Shown piece by piece: positions 13,501-26,922 of a stretch of 64,000 nt of DNA. Position numbers and translations under genes: made by a program. Below the pieces are notes generated by a model that saw only the letters and a program-made list of their open reading frames with translations, ran no database searches and had not been told where the DNA came from. The first letter of the stretch is position 1; each line of letters opens with the position of its first letter. The DNA comes from Macrostomum hystrix (taxonomy: Eukaryota; Animalia; Platyhelminthes): NCBI GenBank assembly GCA_950097015.1, contig CATNEN010000038.1, positions 17,856,001 through 17,920,000 of the forward strand, read 5' to 3'.

Positions 13501-15100
13501 GAAATGACAGTCAGAGATAAGAAATGACAGTCAGAGATAAGAAATGACAGTTGTATTAGGACAGAAGATAACAAAATGAAGATAAAAATAATGAAATAAA
13601 ACAGCAGTCTCACCAAGTGCCTGATCAAATTTGCCCGCATCTCAGGCTTGTGCCCGCCACTGCCACCGCCCATCGGTCCGCCTCCGCCGGGACCGCCGCG
13701 GCCGCCTCCACCACCGCCGGCTAGCGGAGGGGGCGGCCCGCGCCAATCCCATTTCCAGGATTCCTCGCCGCCAGGTGGTCCGCCAACGCCGCCGCCGGCG
13801 CTAGGCGTTCCAGGTGTCACCGGGGCGCTCCAGTCCGAGATGCTGCCTGGTCCGCCGCCGCCGCTACTGCTGCTAGGCCGGCGCCAAGGTTCGCCCATCT
13901 GGGACATCGACGGCGGCTGCTGTTGCATAGATGGCGGCGGTACTGCCATATCACCAGCGCCACCCCAACCGCCGCCTCCTCCGGTCCAAGACGATCCGGT
14001 GCTAGTCCAATTATTGGGATCAATTTGGCCTCGATCCCATTTGCCCGGCCTTTCGCCGCGGTTTTCGTAGAAAGATTCCCAAATACTAGTGCCATTGTTT
14101 GGCTCGTGATTCCAGACTAGGCTTTCCTGGGTTGGCTTTTTAGGACTCTCGCCAATATCCCAGGGCGTTGTCTGATTAATGGGCTTACTGCCCCAGCCTT
14201 CATTGCTATTAACGATGGTCTCTATGAGCTCCTGTTCTTTAGTAAGAGGCGCTGGCGGAAGCTGCGGCACCTGTGGCAAAGCGGCGGACGCCACAGACTG
14301 CTGCTGCTGCATAGAAGAGGCGGCCTGGGAGTGAGCCACAGATCCAGCGCTGCTGCCCGGGCCAGCAGCTTTCCGATCCCAACCACCCCAGGCGCCGTCC
14401 GGAAGCGCCGCTGATCCCGGTGGCAACTGCTGCTGCTGTTGCTTAGATGACCATACCAAGCCTGGTGTTGATCCGGGCGTCGGGCCCCAGATGGCACCGC
14501 TGCCGACAGTACCGCTAGAAGCTACTGATGTTCCTGAAGGCATCGCGTTAGTGCTATTTCTATTTATTGCAGTGGCATCATTTATTCCGGCCGACGATCC
14601 CCAGACAGCTGGCGAAGCGTCAGCCGCGCTTGGAGCCAGACTCCAGGCGGCGGCAGCTGCAGCTGTGGCCGCGGCCGAAGCGGCGGCTGCGGCATCCGAA
14701 TCCATGGCGCTAGAGTCTGACATCTTTGTTCGATCGTCATTGTTAGCTTTTTGGGATCCGCCGCCAATGTTGCTCCAGGTAGATCCGTTGCCTTTGTTAC
14801 TACTGTTAGCACTATTGCTTACACTATTAGTATTGTTCCACATGTCGCTAACGTGGCTTCTGCTAGAGGCAGACGATGCCGCTGTTGCTGCCGCAGTGGA
14901 GTTGGCATCAGCAGCGGCTGCAGAGATAGTTGTGGCAATGCCAGCCGCTAATGAGGATGTTGGAGATGACGATGGCGAAGATGAATTTTCGCCGTTTCCT
15001 GTTTGATTATAGAATAGATTAGTTTTTTTACAAAATCCAGCTATTGAATATATCCTAAAGGATTTTACACATAAAAAGCAGAATACTTACTCATTGACAT
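10556..15100 (-). CDS. TNRC6: GW182/TNRC6 (gawky) miRISC effector, about 1012 aa; exons 15100-15091, 14998-13614, 13273-12429, 11354-10556
   Basis: GW/WG repeats; conserved motif VNSNEGWGSKPINQTTPWD; Ago-hook-like NNGTSIW; UBA (LIRHL|VDIGFSKEDATAALISCNMNVDMAL); Q-rich region; PAM2 IPEFVPGQPW; RRM (LLIRQLNPQIN...AMVKFGSRDEA). GT-AG sites give a continuous 3039-nt frame. Confidence 0.93.
11395..12335. repeat. 22-bp intronic minisatellite AGAATCTAGATCCCAATCCATC in the last GW182 intron
   Basis: Tandem copies fill most of intron 11355-12428. Confidence 0.95.
13341..13550. repeat. 20-bp intronic minisatellite GAAATGACAGTCAGAGATAA in a GW182 intron
   Basis: About 9-10 tandem copies within intron 13274-13613. 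Confidence 0.95.
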
Positions 15101-18100
15101 ACTCTTGCAAGCAGATGCACTTCTAAATTATTTTAAAACAGCTCTTGATTTTTCTTTGACTAATAGAGCTGGAAGTTAATATAGTTAAAATGAGCTATTT
15201 TCTATATCAGGAAATACATTAATTAATTTTATATACATTTTTTCATGGAATTTATTTACTTTATGTCAAACAGATAAATGTAAGGCTTAAGAACTTATTA
15301 TGAACTCTCTGTTATATTTTTGTGCAAATATTAGAAACAGAATTAGAAAAAGTGGCTAATTCTTAAAAAATTGTTTTTTTATCTTTTTTGAAAATGAAAA
15401 CAAAGATCTAAAGAAAAGTTTGAAATTTGCTCATTTTTAACTAATATACTAAAAAATATGAGGGGCACTAACATGTTTGCAAACAAAAAGTTTCTGAATT
15501 TTGATAGTGAACAAAAAAAACTGAAGAAAAATTCAAAGGACTAAAGACTATAAACATTTGATTTTAGCTACTTTACTCACTGTAGAGTGAGCTACTATCT
15601 AATATATTTGCCAGGTTGTGAAACAAATTATTATAATTAGTAATTAGTAGCTTATTGAATGACACAAAAAATATATATGCAGTTTAAACAAAAAAAACAA
15701 AAAAAAACTCTACAAAGCCTTTTGTTGTTTTTAATGGAAAGAGCTATACATGAAATTAGGAATTTCAAATTTTAAAATCTTGTAAGTCAATAAAAATTTA
15801 TATTAAAAATATATATTTAATAATGAGTCAAAAGACATTATAGAGCAAGATAATATACTTTACCATATACCACAGTTATCTAAAAGGCAAGATAGCAGCA
15901 AAAATATTATATAAAACTTATAAATGTTTACTACATAATACAAAATATTCATAAAATGGTTTATCCAAATTACTGATTAAATAGTTAGAAGTTAGATAAT
16001 CTTGAATTCTTATAATAAGAGCTTATTTTTCAATAGCTAATTAAACTTCAAGCTTTGAACAGTTTATATATAATGTAATATTATAAAGAATTCTATTGTT
16101 TTTAGGTCAATTGCTACTTAGCTATTTTGTATGATGATTATATTGAACTATTCAGTGTTAAATAACTATTGTCTGCCTATCTGCCTATGCTAACTGGCTA
16201 CTGTAAAAAACTAGAAAACTAAGAAGCAGTCAGTATGACATAAGCTATAGCCTACAGCCATTGAATTAACAACTTATTGGTTGCTTATACTATTTTTTGC
16301 TAGGCCCTACCAACCAAGCAAGCATTACATTTTAGTATATTAGATTTAAAAAATTGTTTTATAGGCCTAAACTTATTGTTTTAGGAGACAAGGACAAATT
16401 TCACTTTCATGAGATAGTACACACTATATTAGTAGCATTAGTATAAAAAACTTGACATGCCATTATTGTGCAATTATCAAATTTATGCATTTTGCAGTAT
16501 ACTATACTATATTCTATATAAGATCTAGATTATAGACTATAGGGAGGACTCCCACTGAAATAAAACAGCTAAAAATTGGCTAATTGGGAAATGTGGCAAA
16601 AAATTTAAATTAGTCAAGTAAATAAAAACAGCAGCTCCCAGAGTCTGGATCATTTAGAAAAAGCCTAAAAAATGGGTGTGCGTTGGTATGGCTACACACT
16701 TGGTGCTCAAGGTGGGTATAATGCATATGTAGCACTAATGACTAATACTAAAAGTAACAAGTAAATTAAGGTCTTTGCCAAGGGAAACTGACTTTTTCAC
16801 TGCTCACATATCAGATTTCTTAGCTTTTTCAATTTTCAATGTGCCAAATAAACAGTTTTAAGCATCTACTATAGAATCTAGCCTTGAACTTTTTTTTGCA
16901 TGCACTCAGCACAATCCAGACGAAGGATTATGGTCATGGAGCAGCTTTTCATTAGTTTAGCTAGCCTGGCCCTTAAGGGAAGAATGTTATAAAAGCCTGG
17001 CCTTGAAGTAACTTTAGTACTTTAAGTACTAAAAAATCTTTAATGTATAAGGTTTATAGCTCACTCAGGAGTTACAAAGAATATTGAAAATTTAGGTAAT
17101 CAACCAGTAATCTTCTGCAGTGCAGCTCTACTTTTGTATGCTTAAATAAAATGGAGTTTATAATGAATGAGGAAATGTGGCTTCTGGCAATGTGGTTTAA
17201 AAAAGTCAACAAACTATTGAACGACAATAATGAGAACCGTTTCAAATCATTTTAATAATTTCGCGAAACAAAACTGCAGATTGCTAAGACTACATAACAA
17301 ATGAAATTGAATAGCCAAATCTACATTAAGAGCTACATAGCAATTAGCTACAGTACATGTCATAACAGCACAGAACTTAAACTTTGAAAAAAAACTATAA
17401 ACTTGGAAACGATGATAAGCCATTGCGACAAAATACCAGGATACTATAATCTTACAAAATAATTTTAGCTTTTTAAAAACAGGAAGATTTGTTCGACGTA
17501 TGTAAACAGAACAAATTTCGAAATCACAAAGAATATTTTAAAGTTAAATAAGTTTTGTTAGTTTGATCAAACAACAGATCGTTATATCAAAATTTTTACA
17601 ATATAAAATAAAAACGCGTCTGATTTAGACAAAAATCTCTTAGTGCAAAAAACTAAAAACTTTGCATAACATAGTTATTTGATAATGGCTTTACTTGTTA
17701 AACATGAACTATTTAATTTGTTTTATGATTTGAACAGTTTGCATAATAACTTTTCGTCACGAATATTTTCAGTTTGTTTCTTTCATTTTTGCTATTGCGA
17801 TTTGTGTGGTCTGTTGCGATTACATTGAACGATAAAAAGCTTTAAAAGAAACAATAAATTATTTTTTAGTATTATTAGAATTACATTAATTCTAATTTAA
17901 TTAGGGCTGAAATTAATATATAAGTAATATATATATCACGACACCATATGTCAACATGGTATGTTTTTCTTTCTTTTTTACTCATTTTAGCTAGCCTTTG
18001 TCTTCAGAACTTGAGAGTTACATTTCAAGCTTACGTATTAGAGTGTAAAAAATAACATAAAAGTTTACTACTTTAATAAATAAAAAACAATTACTTTTTT

Positions 18101-18442
18101 TCATAGTATTTAAGTTATTTATTTTCGTGCCAAGTAGGATCTATAAAAGTACTCGTAGCTAGTTTAGCATTGTAAAAATACCTCAATTTATGCATCAAAA
18201 GTGGTAATGATAGCTGTTTGAGAAGTTTTTGATGTTTTATGTAAGAAATTAATAAAGGGACTTTCGCTTAAAAATGTACTAGATTTTGAGGCATTCTTTG
18301 TTTTATTTTAATGACAAATTACTAGTACTTGAATTTTAATCAGGAAATTATTTGATTTGTTTCAGCCTTGTAAGCCTTAATCAAAAATAAATTAAGCCTT
18401 AATCATAGTACTCGTATCTGCGGAGTAGCTAGATACTTAGTT

Positions 18443-21400
18443 ATGAATTCAAGTCCAAGGGACCAGACAACAACGGCCACTGCCGCTGCCCAGTCGATTT
18501 CCCCGTCAAGCGCGCAGACGTTAAGCGCATCAGAGTCGCAGGGGCGACCTGGATTTCGGGTCAAAATTCCGGACCATTTTCTTGCTTCGAGCAACTCGCC
18601 AGCGACCACGGCCACAGGTGGCGTCAGTGAAGCGGCAGCGCCGGCCGTCTCAAAGCCGCTAACTGTGGCCTCGGCTTCAACAGTGGCATCGTCGGCATCA
18701 ACAGCTACGCGCCCGCCGCCACCAGTTGCGCGCTCCAGACAGTCACGCGCCGAGCAGCTTCTCCGAGATCTCGACGCTGACATTGAGCGAGATCGGCGAA
18801 CTAGATCTGGCCGACGGTCCTACAGTGCCGACCGAGCAGCCGACGTGGCCGGAGGGCCGGACGCCAAGACGGAGGAGTCTCAGCAGCGACGGGTCCTGGC
18901 TGCGGCCTCCCATCGATTTCAAACACCGCCGCCGATGCACTATTACAACTCTGGAGGGGTAGGCTTTGCGTGTTGGCGCATTGGAGAGCTGGGATTCAGG
19001 ATGCGTTTAGAACAAATAAGTTGGATGGTGAAACGGTACAAAGAACTACGATTTACACACATATAGCCTTTCATCTCATTTCTAGCTGCAACGGTCCTAC
19101 CGTAACTAAAATCTCCCCCCTTTTACATAGTCGCAACCTTTAGGCCTAGCTTAAAACTTTCCCGAAAATTCCAAGAATTTTCAAAACTGTGCACGAAATA
19201 AAAAAAACGGAGTGACAACGGATAATTAAATAATTGACTAAACTAATTAATATGTAGCCAATAAGTAAAACCGTCTGTCTCCCAACTGTCTGTTAGACTT
19301 TGCTCGTTGGACTAAAACTTCAAGCGCTTGCCAAATCCTAAAATCTACCATGCCTGAACCTAATAGATTTTTATAGCGGGAGGGATTGCAGCATAGTGGC
19401 TCGCGACCCACATCTGACTCACTTCTGACATCTGACATCTGACTTCTAGGTCAGGGATTCGATTCCTGACTCCGCTAGAACAGTTTGTATCGTGGGGCCC
19501 CGACCCCAAGTCCATGGACTAAACAGCCGTTCGCAGCCTTCAGATGCACAGTGCACAAGCTATGAGAACTATGGCATATCTTAATAAAAATTCTAAATTC
19601 TTTCTATCATTGTAGCAGCAGAAGTCTGCCTCAGCAGAGGAATCATCAAGCAGCGCTGACGTCCAAGTAGCAACAGCTGGCGGCAGCGCTCAACGGCAGA
19701 CTATTGTCAGAATCGATCCGCAGTCGCATGATCCAATGAGAAGAGAAGCGGTCTTACAGGTATTTTGAGAATGTCCATTCTATTTGATTCACACTTAGGA
19801 TTTTGGTGTCCTTCAAATCTCCCAAATTGCAGCAAAATCTGCCGCGCCTCAGCTTGGAAGAATCGCAGCGTCTTCTGGATCGATTGTTACTAGAGAAGGA
19901 AACCATGGCAACAGAGTTGCATCACCTGCGTCAAAGGCGAAATGCAGATGACGGCAATCAGCAACAGCAGCAGCAGCAGCAGCGCTACCCGACATTGCCC
20001 GAGTATGACCCCGAGAGTCCAATGGCATTGAAGAAACGCATTGGTAAGAAATGGAATATCTTGAAGGTGCCGTGATCAAATCATGAGAACATTACCTGTG
20101 TAATTGAAATCAGGGGTCGGTTTCTCTCGTGTCTCATCTCTCCCGTGTCTCATCTCTCACGTGTCTCATCTTTCCCGTGTCTCATCGCTACCGTGTCTCA
20201 TCCCTTTCTTGTCTTATCTTTCCCGTGTCTCATCTCTCACGTGTCTCATCTCTCCCGTGTCTCATCTCTCCCGTGTCTCATCTCTCCCGTGTCTCATCTC
20301 TCACGTGTCTCATCTCTCCCGTGTCTCATCTCTCCCCTGTCTCATCTCTCCCGTGTCTCATCTCTCCCGTGTATCATCTCTCCCGTGTCTCATCTCTCCC
20401 CTGTCTCATCTCTCCCGTGTCTCATCTCTCCCGTGTATCATCTCTCCCGTGTCTCATCTCTCCCGTGTCTCATCTCTCCCGTGTCTAAACTCTCTCGTGT
20501 ATCACCACTCATTAAATCCGGTGACTAGAATGATTGTAAAGAAATGGTATGGTATGCAAAATGTAATATTCGATAAATATATCATTATCATGCAAAAAAT
20601 GTTTTGGTTGTTTAGGATTCTGACTTTTCGATATATTTCACTTAATTTATTAGTTTCAGAGTCGTCCACTTATGTTTCGAAGGCTTCAAATGGTTGTAGA
20701 TCGACAATGATCTTTTATAATTGTTTTTATCTGTTCACTATAGGCTTGTATTCTATATATATTCGAGCGTACAGTGTTCTAAAAATTCACAGTAGAATGA
20801 AAATTCTCTCTGTCTTTTGTTTTCACGGCATTTTCCAATCATTTTACAAGTGTTGTTATCATTGAGGGCTGATTTGCAGAGAAGTCTAACGCGTCTGACT
20901 CTCGCACCAAGGTTCCTGAGCTCGATTCCGCGGCGAGGCCACATTCATTTTGGTCGCAGCCGCGGAGAGAAGGCTTGGGGGGCTTGTCGTGCAATTTACG
21001 CCGTTGAGGGCCAACCTCCAAGGCACAGTGACGACGAGAAAGTCGGGGCGGATGTACACACCTGTGTGAGTGTGTGCCTGCGTACAGTATCTGAGTGCGT
21101 GTGCTCAGGAGTCAGCAAAATGGGCAGAATTGCCTCCTCGCTGTCTGTGGGTCCAGTGTCACCAAATATCGCGCTATTGTCCAAAGCTTTCCTGCAATTT
21201 TAGTATGGTTTTGTGTCTCTTTTACTTAAAAAATCGCAATATATAACTGCAAATTTCTGGAATCTAAATATTTCAGTTGACTTGGAGCAGCAAATCTCAG
21301 ATTTGCAAGAGGCCAATGAGACACTGAAATTGACAACGCCAACCGGAGCTGGGCACAGGGGCCAGCAGCAGCAACTAAGCACTATATCAGCTACTGAGAG

Positions 21401-24400
21401 CCGACTAAAAGCTAAGCTTGACGAGATCATAGTGGAAAATGAGGCGCTTAAGAATGAGGTAAGCGATGATTTCCAAGTTGGCACATTTTTGGCAGGAAGA
21501 TTATCTAAGATACACAGAATTAAATTGTGGAATCATCTCCCAGTTGAACCGACTGCGCCAGCAGCGGGAGCAGCCGCAGACAGACATGGCGTTTATTCGC
21601 GGCGAGCTTGATAGCCTGCGCACCGAGCTGGACGTTTTGCGCGAGCGAAACTATCAGCTGGAGCGAGAGAATCGACGTCTGCTGGAGACTGGCGGCTCGT
21701 TCCTCTCCGACACTTACAGCGTGTCAGGTACGAGCGTATGTGCCATTAATTCTGCTTCTTCAATGAAGCTTTTGCGTTTTAGCCTACTAACAGTAGAGTA
21801 AAACGATTTTAGCTCGTATAATAATCTTGATCTTTCGATCAGATAAAAAGTGATTTGTCTTAGTGCATTTACCAGCTTTAGCCTAGCAAAATCCTAGCAG
21901 AGAGAGAGAAAGCAGAGAACAGAGAGAGCACTTCGTGCGCAAAAACTTCTTCTGATTGTAAAAGTAGCAAACTTGTTAAGAATCACGCGTGCACCTCGTG
22001 CGCATGAACTTCTTCTGATTCTAAAAATAGCAAACGTGTTAAGAATCATGCGTGCACCTTGGGCGCATTCTAAAAATAGCAAACGTGTCATGCGTGCAAA
22101 TAGCAAAATCATCCGTGCACTCGTTCACATTTCTTTATGATGCTAAAAATAACATATTTAACTACGGTTATCAAATAATCACTTACATCAGCGCTGTGCA
22201 CTAACATTCTGCATCATTTTTAACTTAATGTACGGAATTAAAAAAATAGTTTGCTTGTTTCCTTCTGTTCAATTTTCTTTCATCGAAGAGTTGCTTTTAA
22301 TAAAAAAATGTTTGTTCATTATTAGGCGGTTTTTCCGCGGACAATCCGTATCGACCAACGACAAAGGTGGAGTATGCTACGCACGTCGCAGGTATTGGTA
22401 ACAATACGAAAATTAGTAATAGTAGACCACCAAGGCATCAACATTTTTATCAGCAGCAGCAGCAACAACAGCACGAATTTATCCAGCACAAATCAGACAT
22501 CGATCGTTATGATCGTAGTATCAATCGATTCGTCGCCGATACTGCCACTTGTGAGCTAATCGATTACAGCTTCCTATCTATATTATTTCCTTTCTTGTTT
22601 TGTCGGCTTCTGTATTGTGTTTAAAGGCTTTAAAATACGCATATCTATAGACTTAATTTAATTTTTCTTTGATGTATATATTGTGCACGAAATTAATGGA
22701 AAAAATATTATATCGTATTTTTTTCAACTTAACCTTATCCTTTATTTAGTACTAAGGTATATCAAATCGTCACTTTAATGTTGTAAAGGCACGCTTGTTT
22801 TGTCAATAAAAGCTTAAAAATATTTTATTTTTATATTCCAGAATATGAACTATCCCATGACTTGTTTATTCCACTTTCTATTCGTATTAATTGACGTAAA
22901 TTTATTAATTTTATAAAATTGCTTGCTTATTGGCGGAAGCCCCAAGAGTGTTAAACAATGGCTAAAAGTTGAAATTTGATGACTCAGCTAAAGACAAGTC
23001 ATGTGACTAGTGGGTGGCGGAGGGAGGTGGGTGATCGCGGGTAGTGTACATCCACGGCTAAAAATAGCAAGTGTCCCATTCTATAAAATACAACTGCTGA
23101 TGTTTACGTCAAATGCAATCGTATTACGTCAAGATCAGAAAAACCTTCAGGAAGTTAATAGTCAAGTTTTAAAAAACTCCCCGGTCAATAATCCAGATGC
23201 TAATCCGACTGCTCTGTCCGCGCCGACTGTGGATCATCGATACAATCAAATCGATCGCTCCAATCGGCATTATGGCTCACTGGGCAGATCTGGAGTCAAG
23301 CAGGCGCCATTTGAAACTGGTGGAGTTGCAAATTTGCGTCACTCGTTGGATAGGGATTTCATGCATCCATCGCCACTGCCGATGCCGCAGCAGCAGCAGC
23401 AGCAGCAAAGGTTGCACTCTCGAGAAGACAAAGCAGCATTCTATCCTGGTCAAAGTTTTTCAAACCAGCGTCTGAACGGCCGGCCAGCCTCCTTCACCAG
23501 CAACGGCGGCACCAGCGACGATTCTGACGATTCGGCTGCGCATTTCTATCAGGACGGTCGCGGACTACAGCCAAGTCAGACCAGAAATCAGTGGGGCGCG
23601 CCCCCGCCGCCACCACCGCCTGCTGATGCCTACCTTCAACGAGATGGTGAGATTCTCATAGAAAGGATTGTTTAATTTAAATATGAATTAAACCATTAAT
23701 AATGGGCTAACTTTAAAGGCTTCGTTTGCTTAAAAAGTACTTTAGTTAAGTATCAGTGTCGGAGTCAAGGACAACTAAGAGTAGAAGGACGGGAAACAAT
23801 GTTTCTTAGAAAAAGTTTTTTGTTTTTTTTGTGTACGCATTTTGTGAGTGTCTTCAATTTGAGGCAGATCAAGGACTCTTGTAACTGTTAGTTTCCATTT
23901 CTTTGGCTTCATCGATTTCTGTAAAGTTTCATTAGTCCTAAATCGTAAAAAACATTTCAGCTAATTTTATGTCAGAAGAAAAGCTTTGGATCTGCTTTCA
24001 ATAAAAAAGATCACCCTTGAAATTTGAAACAGTTAACATTTCTAATCTCTATTGAGTGTTCTTCGATAAAAACGTGCCTCCTGAACATTTTCTAAGAAAC
24101 GCAGCCTCCCATCTTTTTACTCATAGTGCTCCTCGGTCTGGTTGTGACCCATACGCTATAATCCATTGAAGAAGAGTGGCACTAAAAACACGCTAAAAGT
24201 ACAAGCCTCAACTTTCTAATAGTGGCCCTTGGATTATACCGTGCATTTTATTCACTTTCCTCATTGTCCTGATCTTACTCCACACATTTTCAGCGGGCAG
24301 GCGTCGGCCGGACTCAGCCTCGCAGGCGCAGCATCATGGCAGTCGGCGCCGTGGATCTTCTGGCTCGCATTCAATGGAGTCTTCGCCTATTCAGCAGCGC

Positions 24401-25790
24401 CCAAAGCATCAGCAGCAGCAGCAGCAGCCGCTGTTTTCCACAGCAGGCCGGCTGCCATTCGCGCCCAAGCAGGCCGGCGACATTCGCTCGGGCGATCTTG
24501 TAAAGTTCACCCGATGCGGCGGCCGCATCTCCAAAGGGCTGGTGCACTTTGTCGGCCGCCTGCCTGGTCGAAGCGACTTCTATGTCGGTGTGGAGCTGGA
24601 CCAAGAGGAAGGCAAGCACGACGGAGTCTATGATGGAAGGCGTTATTTTCAATGGTGAGCATCTTCATTTGCTGATCAGTTTGAAGTCTTTAACTTGAGC
24701 GTGGGCCTTGCTTTGATCCTACCGCTTATTTTATGGATAACGCAGCCCTCTCTTAGAGATGTCTAAAAGTGTTTTTTAACGTCGCGTCTCTGAGGCTCTT
24801 TGATTTCGCCAGTATATCATAGCACACTTCACCCAGGATCTGCCCTCTGACCTTAGACTATTAGTTTATGCTGCTCGCTTTGAATGATTGATGATGCCGT
24901 CATGCTTTGAAGATGCCGCCAGGGTCGAGAGTCTTTAATGATGCTGCCACGCCTTAGAGTCTTTGATGATGCCGCCAGAGCCTAGAGTCTTATCTTAGTT
25001 CTCTAGTTGTCATGCCGCCATCGCCTAGAGTATTTGATGCTACCGCCACGCCTAAGGTCTTTGATGATGCCGCCACGCCTAAGGTCTTTGATGATGACGC
25101 CATAGCCTAGAGTCTTTGATGATGCCGCCACGCCTACAGTCTTTGATGATGCCGCCACGCCTAAGGTCTTTGATGATGACGCCATAGCCTAGAGTCTTTG
25201 ATGATGCCGCCACGCCTACGGTCTTTGATGATGCCGCCACGCCTAAGGTCTTTGATGATGACGCCATAGCCTAGAGTCTTTGATGATGCCGCCACGCCTA
25301 AGGTCTTTGATGATGACGCCATAGCCTAGAGTCTTTGATGATGCCGCCACGCCTACGGTCTTTGATGATGCCGCCACGCCTAAGGTCTTTGATGATGACG
25401 CCATAGCCTACGGTCTTTGATGATGCCGCCACGCCTAAGGTCTTTGATGATGACGCCACGTCTAAGGTCTTTGATGATGACGCCATAGCCTAGAGTCTTT
25501 GATGATGCCGACACGCCTAAGGTCTTTGATGATACAGCCAGCCCGCCACCATTAGGGTCTTTCATGACGTCGCCACCCGTAGTCTTTAATAGTGCCACCA
25601 ACCAATTGAGTCTTTGTTGATACCGCCAGCCCACGAGGGTCTTTGATTTGGCCATCGAGATATTCTTATTATCTAGTGCTAGGCGCGATTCTTTATTTTA
25701 CAAATCAAATATTTTTTTTGCAGCAAGCCTCGCAAAGGAGTGTTCGTGGCTTTCAACAAGTTAATAATGTGCTACCAGCTGCCGGCTTGA
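18443..25790 (+). CDS. Coiled-coil protein with a C-terminal CAP-Gly domain; exons approx. 18443-18958, 19616-19759, 19833-20043, 21277-21458, 21544-21727, 22326-22391 (or -22550), 23197-23646, 24294-24654, 25724-25790
   Basis: CAP-Gly: GLVHFVGRLPGRSDFYVGVELDQEEGKHDGVYDGRRYFQ|CKPRKGVFV. Coiled-coil exons (LEQQISDLQEANETLK, ELDSLRTELDVLRERNYQLE). Intron phases compatible. Confidence 0.85.
19385..19562 (+). mobile_element. Degenerate, internally deleted copy of tRNA-derived SINE family A
   Basis: B-box-like GGATTCGATTCC and AGTCCATGGACT...CAGCCG..CGCAGCCTTCAGATGC shared with the copy at 46953-47229. Confidence 0.7.
20110..20500. repeat. 18-bp minisatellite TCTCCCGTGTCTCATCTC preceded by a CAGGGGTCGG MITE terminus (truncated hAT-MITE derivative)
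   Basis: Same terminus and internal repeat as the MITE at 55088-55656. Confidence 0.85.
20880..21135 (+). mobile_element. Dispersed repeat, probable tRNA-derived SINE family B
   Basis: GTCTAACGCG...CACCAAGG..CCTG.GCTCGATTCCG.GGCGAGGCCACATTCATTT...GATGTACACACCTGTG recurs at 30490 (+) and 28035 (-). Confidence 0.75.
24885..25650. repeat. 27/28-bp intronic minisatellite CCTAAGGTCTTTGATGATGCCGCCACG in the intron that splits the CAP-Gly domain
   Basis: Homogeneous core at 25030-25530 with degenerate flanks. Confidence 0.93.
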
Positions 25791-26922
25791 CTTAATCAAG
25801 ACCTCAACATCTGCATACAACGCTTTAAGTTTCACTAAGTGAACAAATTGGCCTTCGATTGCTAGATCGCAAATCGTCAATTAAACTTCGCAAAGTAAAT
25901 CTCACCCACTGGTCGTCAGAAAGATTTTCTGCAACGAAAATTCATCTTGATTATGTGATATTTTTTCCTTTGATTACTTCGCTTGATTACTTTAATAGTA
26001 GCTAACATAAGTGTATTAAACAAGTAGATTTTAAGCAAATGGAAGGCAACTATTCATTGATTATTTGTTTTAGTCTTCCCAAAAAATATTTCACTGAAAA
26101 GTCCACGATATTCGAAAGAGAAAGCACGAATATTCGAGTCAATTATTGAAAATATTATCATTTTCAATTTCAGATTTTTCATTACAATAGTAACAGCTGA
26201 GCTGTCATAATTCTTATTTATTACTGTAAGTAGTTTTTTTCTACACTATCGCAGTGCCTTCAAGATGTTCTTTACGCGAGTGCTGTACTAAAATGCTAGT
26301 ACGAGTACAAACGCTGCTGGGTATTATTGTACTATGTACTTTTGCCCACTAAATTTCAATGTGTGGTCATCGTTTTTTATAATGTACATAGATTTCTCTT
26401 CAACACAATAGTTGAAATTTAATATAGAAATGCTTCTTTCTATAAGCTTGTATTGTTAAATTGTGAGGTTATATCGATTTTTTAAACGGACATTTTTATT
26501 TTCTTCTATTTTTGACTCCCCTTTCTAGCTTGTAATTGTGACTACTTTCTGTGTGATTCCGTCCGCTGTTATTCATTGCTGTGCCTTTCCAATATAACAA
26601 TTGAAAAATATTAAAAAGTTTATAAAATATAATAGCGGCTGGTTATGAAGCTTTTTTCTAAATTTACAAGAAAATTTTGATTTTTTATGTGATATTCCTA
26701 AACAAGAAATGTAGTGAATATATTTTTTTCTTTTAAGAAGATTACTGTACAAGCTTCTATATAATATCCAATTATGTTACATTTTTTGGCTTGACAGGCT
26801 TGCGAAACCCAGAAAATCACCATCCATTCCTTTTGATTTTTGCAGTTCTCATCCTGTTAAGAGAGTGCATGTAATAAGCTAACAATAATAAAGGCACTAA
26901 CAGAAAAGTGATCCCAAGAGAA

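Noticed and set aside
13648-15006. Plus-strand Pro/Ala-rich ORFs
   Set aside because: Antisense shadows of GC-rich GW182 exons.
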